Assembly (NCBI GenBank): GCA_021324945.1
Contig: JAJPID010000025.1
Span: 13,898 to 77,897, forward strand
Length of the DNA: 64,000 nt
Source: Lysobacterales bacterium
GTDB lineage: Bacteria > Pseudomonadota > Gammaproteobacteria > Xanthomonadales > Rhodanobacteraceae
Direction of reading: 5' to 3'
This document shows positions 61,434 to 64,000 of this stretch, in pieces. The notes beneath the pieces were generated by a model, which saw only the letters and a list, made by a program, of their open reading frames with translations, was not told where the DNA came from and did no database searches. The position numbers and the translations under genes are program-made. Numbering within the stretch: the stretch's first letter is position 1; every line of letters starts with the position of its first letter.

Positions 61434-62666
61434 ATGAAGTCACGTCATCTTCTCGCGTTGTCGCTGCTCGCGCTGCTCCCCGCGTTCTCCGGATGCAGTC
61501 TCTTCAACAAGATCGTCACCGGCATCAGCGGCAAGGACAACGTGCAGCCGCCGCGCGAGCTGACCGAGTTCACGCCCGCCGTGCAGGTGCAGCGGCTGTG
61601 GAAGGAAAGCGTGGGCGATGGCTCGGGACGCTCGGGCATCCGTCTGCGCCCGGCTTATGCCGATGGCAGACTGTTTGTCGCCAGCGTCGGCGGCCAATTG
61701 ACGGCGCTGGACGCCAATACCGGCAAAACGATCTGGCGCGACGACACGCGCACACACGGCAGGTTCGGCTTCGGCAAGAAGAAGCACTATCCCGACGCGT
61801 TGTACGCCGGTGGCCCGTCGGTGAACGGCGATCTCCTGGTGGTCGGCACGCTCGACGGACACGTGTATGGTCTGGATGCGGCGACCGGCAAGCAGCGCTG
61901 GGCGGCGGAAGTGTCCGATGAAGTGGTGAGCGCGCCGACGATCGACGAGGGCGTGGTCTACGCACGCACCAACGATGGACGCGTCTATGCGTTGGATGCC
62001 GTGACCGGGCAACGCAAATGGGTCAACGATCAGGCCGACGTGCCGCTGCTGTCCTTGCGCGGCAACGGCGCCTTGTTGATTTCGCACGGCGTGGTGTTCT
62101 ACGGCAGCGACGACGGCAAGATCGTGGCCTTGCGCAGCGACACCGGCAGCACGCAGTGGCGGCAGCCGATCGCCAAGGGCGAAGGCCGCAGCGACATAGA
62201 GAAACTCGACGACGCCGACGGTTCGCTACAACTCGACGGCACCACGCTGTACGCCACCGCCTATCACGGCAATCTGGTTTCGATCGACGCACCGGACGGC
62301 AAGGTCAACTGGAACCGTCCGTTCTCTAGCTATGTCGGCGTGGCCGTGGCCGGCAAGCAACTGATCGGTGTCGATGAAGACTCGGTGGTGTGGGCCTTCG
62401 ATTCGTCCACCGGCGGCGACATGTGGAAGCAGGATGGCCTGCAATACCGTTGGCTCACGGGGCCGGCGGTGCAGGGCAATTACGTGGTGCTTGGCGATCT
62501 GCAAGGCTATGTGCACTGGTTGAGTCTCAGCGACGGCAAATTCGCCGCGCGCCAGCGGCTGTCCAAGGATCCGATCCGCGCGCGTCCGCTGGTGGTGGGC
62601 GATACCGTCTTCGTCACGGACGAGAAGGGCACCGTGGGCGCGTATCGCATCGCGGGTTCGCAGTGA
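61434..62666 (+). CDS. bamB: Outer membrane protein assembly factor BamB
   Basis: Start at MKSRHLLALSLLALLPAFSGC (lipobox), followed by PQQ-like beta-propeller repeats. Confidence 0.92.
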   Translation: MKSRHLLALSLLALLPAFSGCSLFNKIVTGISGKDNVQPPRELTEFTPAVQVQRLWKESVGDGSGRSGIRLRPAYADGRLFVASVGGQLTALDANTGKTIWRDDTRTHGRFGFGKKKHYPDALYAGGPSVNGDLLVVGTLDGHVYGLDAATGKQRWAAEVSDEVVSAPTIDEGVVYARTNDGRVYALDAVTGQRKWVNDQADVPLLSLRGNGALLISHGVVFYGSDDGKIVALRSDTGSTQWRQPIAKGEGRSDIEKLDDADGSLQLDGTTLYATAYHGNLVSIDAPDGKVNWNRPFSSYVGVAVAGKQLIGVDEDSVVWAFDSSTGGDMWKQDGLQYRWLTGPAVQGNYVVLGDLQGYVHWLSLSDGKFAARQRLSKDPIRARPLVVGDTVFVTDEKGTVGAYRIAGSQ

Positions 62667-62718
62667 ATCACAGCGTTCGTGGTGAGATATCCAACCACGA
62701 ACGGCTGGCATTCCGATC

Positions 62719-64000
62719 ATGCTACCGGTAGTCGCCCTCGTCGGTCGCCCCAACGTCGGCAAGTCCACGCTGTTCAACGTGCTGACGCGCACGCGCGACG
62801 CCCTGGTCGCCGACCTGCCCGGCGTCACGCGCGATCGACATTACGGCGTGTGCCGATTGGGCGAACGTCCTTTCGTCGTCGTGGATACCGGAGGCTTGTC
62901 GGGTGAAGACGCCGACATCGATGTGCTGACTGCGCGGCAGGTGCGGCTGGCGATCGACGAAGCACAAGCGTGCTTGCTGATGGTCGATGCGCGCGACGGT
63001 TTGCTGCCGCAGGATCACGCCATCCTCGACGAACTGCGCCGCACCGCCAAACCCGTCGCGCTGGCAATCAACAAGACCGACGGACTGGATGCCAGCATCG
63101 TGCTGGCAGAATTTTCCTCGCTGGGCGTCGCTGCGATGCTGCCGATCGCGGCTTCACATGCGCGCGGTGTGGGAGATCTGGTCGCTCAAGTATTGCCGCT
63201 GCTGCCGCGCGATGACGAACCCGACGCCGATGTCGAAAATGAAAACACCGGAACGCGCGTCGCCATCGTCGGCCGTCCCAATGTCGGCAAGTCCACGCTG
63301 GTCAATCGCCTGTTCGGCGAGGAGCGTGTCGTCGTTTCCGACGTCGCCGGCACCACGCGCGATTCGATCCACGTGCCGCTGGAGCGCGACGGCAGACGCT
63401 ACACGCTGATAGACACCGCCGGCGTGCGCCGCCGCGGACGCGTCGATGACGCGCTGGAGAAATTTTCCGCGATCAAGACCTTGCAATCGATCGCCGCAGC
63501 ACAGGTCGTGATCGTGCTGCTGGACGCCAGCGAAGGCGTGGCCGAGCAGGATCTCACGCTGATCGGACAGGTGCTGGACGCCGGGCGCGCGCTGGTGATC
63601 GCGGCCAACAAGTGGGACGGACTTTCCGCTTACGAGCGCGAGCGTGTCCGCGAGGGTCTCGATCGCAAGCTGAATTTCGTCGCCTGGGCCACGCCGGTTT
63701 TCATTTCGGCGAAACACGGCTCGGGTTTGCGCGAGCTGATGCGCAGCGTGGACCGCGCGCATCTCTCCGCCACGCGTGAGCTCAGCACATCCGATCTGAC
63801 TCGTGCGCTGGAACAGGCTATCGCTACGCATCAACCACCGCTGGTACGGGGGCATGCGCCGAGACTGCGCTTCGCGCATCCGGGCGGCCACAATCCGCCA
63901 ACGATCGTGATCCACGGCACGCGCACCCGGCATATTGCCGACAGCTATCGCCGCTATCTGGAAAATTTCTTCCGCAAACGTTACAAGCTGGAAGGCACGC
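62719..64000 (+). CDS. der: Ribosome-associated GTPase Der/EngA (3' end outside window)
   Basis: Not in the ORF track because no stop falls inside the window. ATG 62719 gives MLPVVALVGRPNVGKSTLFN. A second G domain follows (VAIVGRPNVGKSTLVN). The frame stays open to 64000. Confidence 0.95.
   Translation, partial: MLPVVALVGRPNVGKSTLFNVLTRTRDALVADLPGVTRDRHYGVCRLGERPFVVVDTGGLSGEDADIDVLTARQVRLAIDEAQACLLMVDARDGLLPQDHAILDELRRTAKPVALAINKTDGLDASIVLAEFSSLGVAAMLPIAASHARGVGDLVAQVLPLLPRDDEPDADVENENTGTRVAIVGRPNVGKSTLVNRLFGEERVVVSDVAGTTRDSIHVPLERDGRRYTLIDTAGVRRRGRVDDALEKFSAIKTLQSIAAAQVVIVLLDASEGVAEQDLTLIGQVLDAGRALVIAANKWDGLSAYERERVREGLDRKLNFVAWATPVFISAKHGSGLRELMRSVDRAHLSATRELSTSDLTRALEQAIATHQPPLVRGHAPRLRFAHPGGHNPPTIVIHGTRTRHIADSYRRYLENFFRKRYKLEGT

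Overview
High-GC (roughly 65% by eye) proteobacterial chromosome segment. Gene content and order look gammaproteobacterial and Xanthomonadales-like, which is inference only. About 55 CDS, nearly all core housekeeping. Recognisable blocks: yfhM(alpha-2-macroglobulin)-pbpC; ybdL-yafV; rluB-scpB-scpA; fadD; acnA; hflD-mnmA; clpS-clpA; infA; serC-serA-hisC-aroA-cmk-rpsA-ihfB-lapA-lapB; an LPS/glycan trio (GT4 transferase, CapD/WbpM-like dehydratase, galU); a fatty-acid oxidation operon with a TetR regulator; and ndk-rlmN-pilW-rodZ-yfgM-bamB-der. No rRNA, CRISPR array or prophage was seen. The one clear accessory element is a 2,384-bp IS1595-family insertion sequence (9761-12144). It has 16-bp perfect terminal inverted repeats and an 8-bp target duplication (AAACGTTT), and it splits an otherwise intact azoR gene. 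Besides its transposase it carries a lower-GC cargo of three parts. These are a 257-aa ORF of unknown function with its own promoter-like signals and SD, a possible overlapping 54-aa very basic ORF, and a 99-nt tRNA-like gene. The tRNA-like gene folds by hand into a complete class-II, Leu-like cloverleaf, but with anticodon AGG and a 30-nt variable arm. That cargo is the best candidate here for something undescribed. The second notable signal is a ~125-nt intergenic element present twice (upstream of fadD and upstream of bamB) in the same orientation relative to the downstream gene, with a 27/27-nt identical purine-rich core. Gene starts were chosen by hand from SD motifs and homologue N-termini, and many long antisense ORFs in the track are high-GC shadow ORFs. 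All similarity statements come from recognising motifs in the translations; no database search was run.
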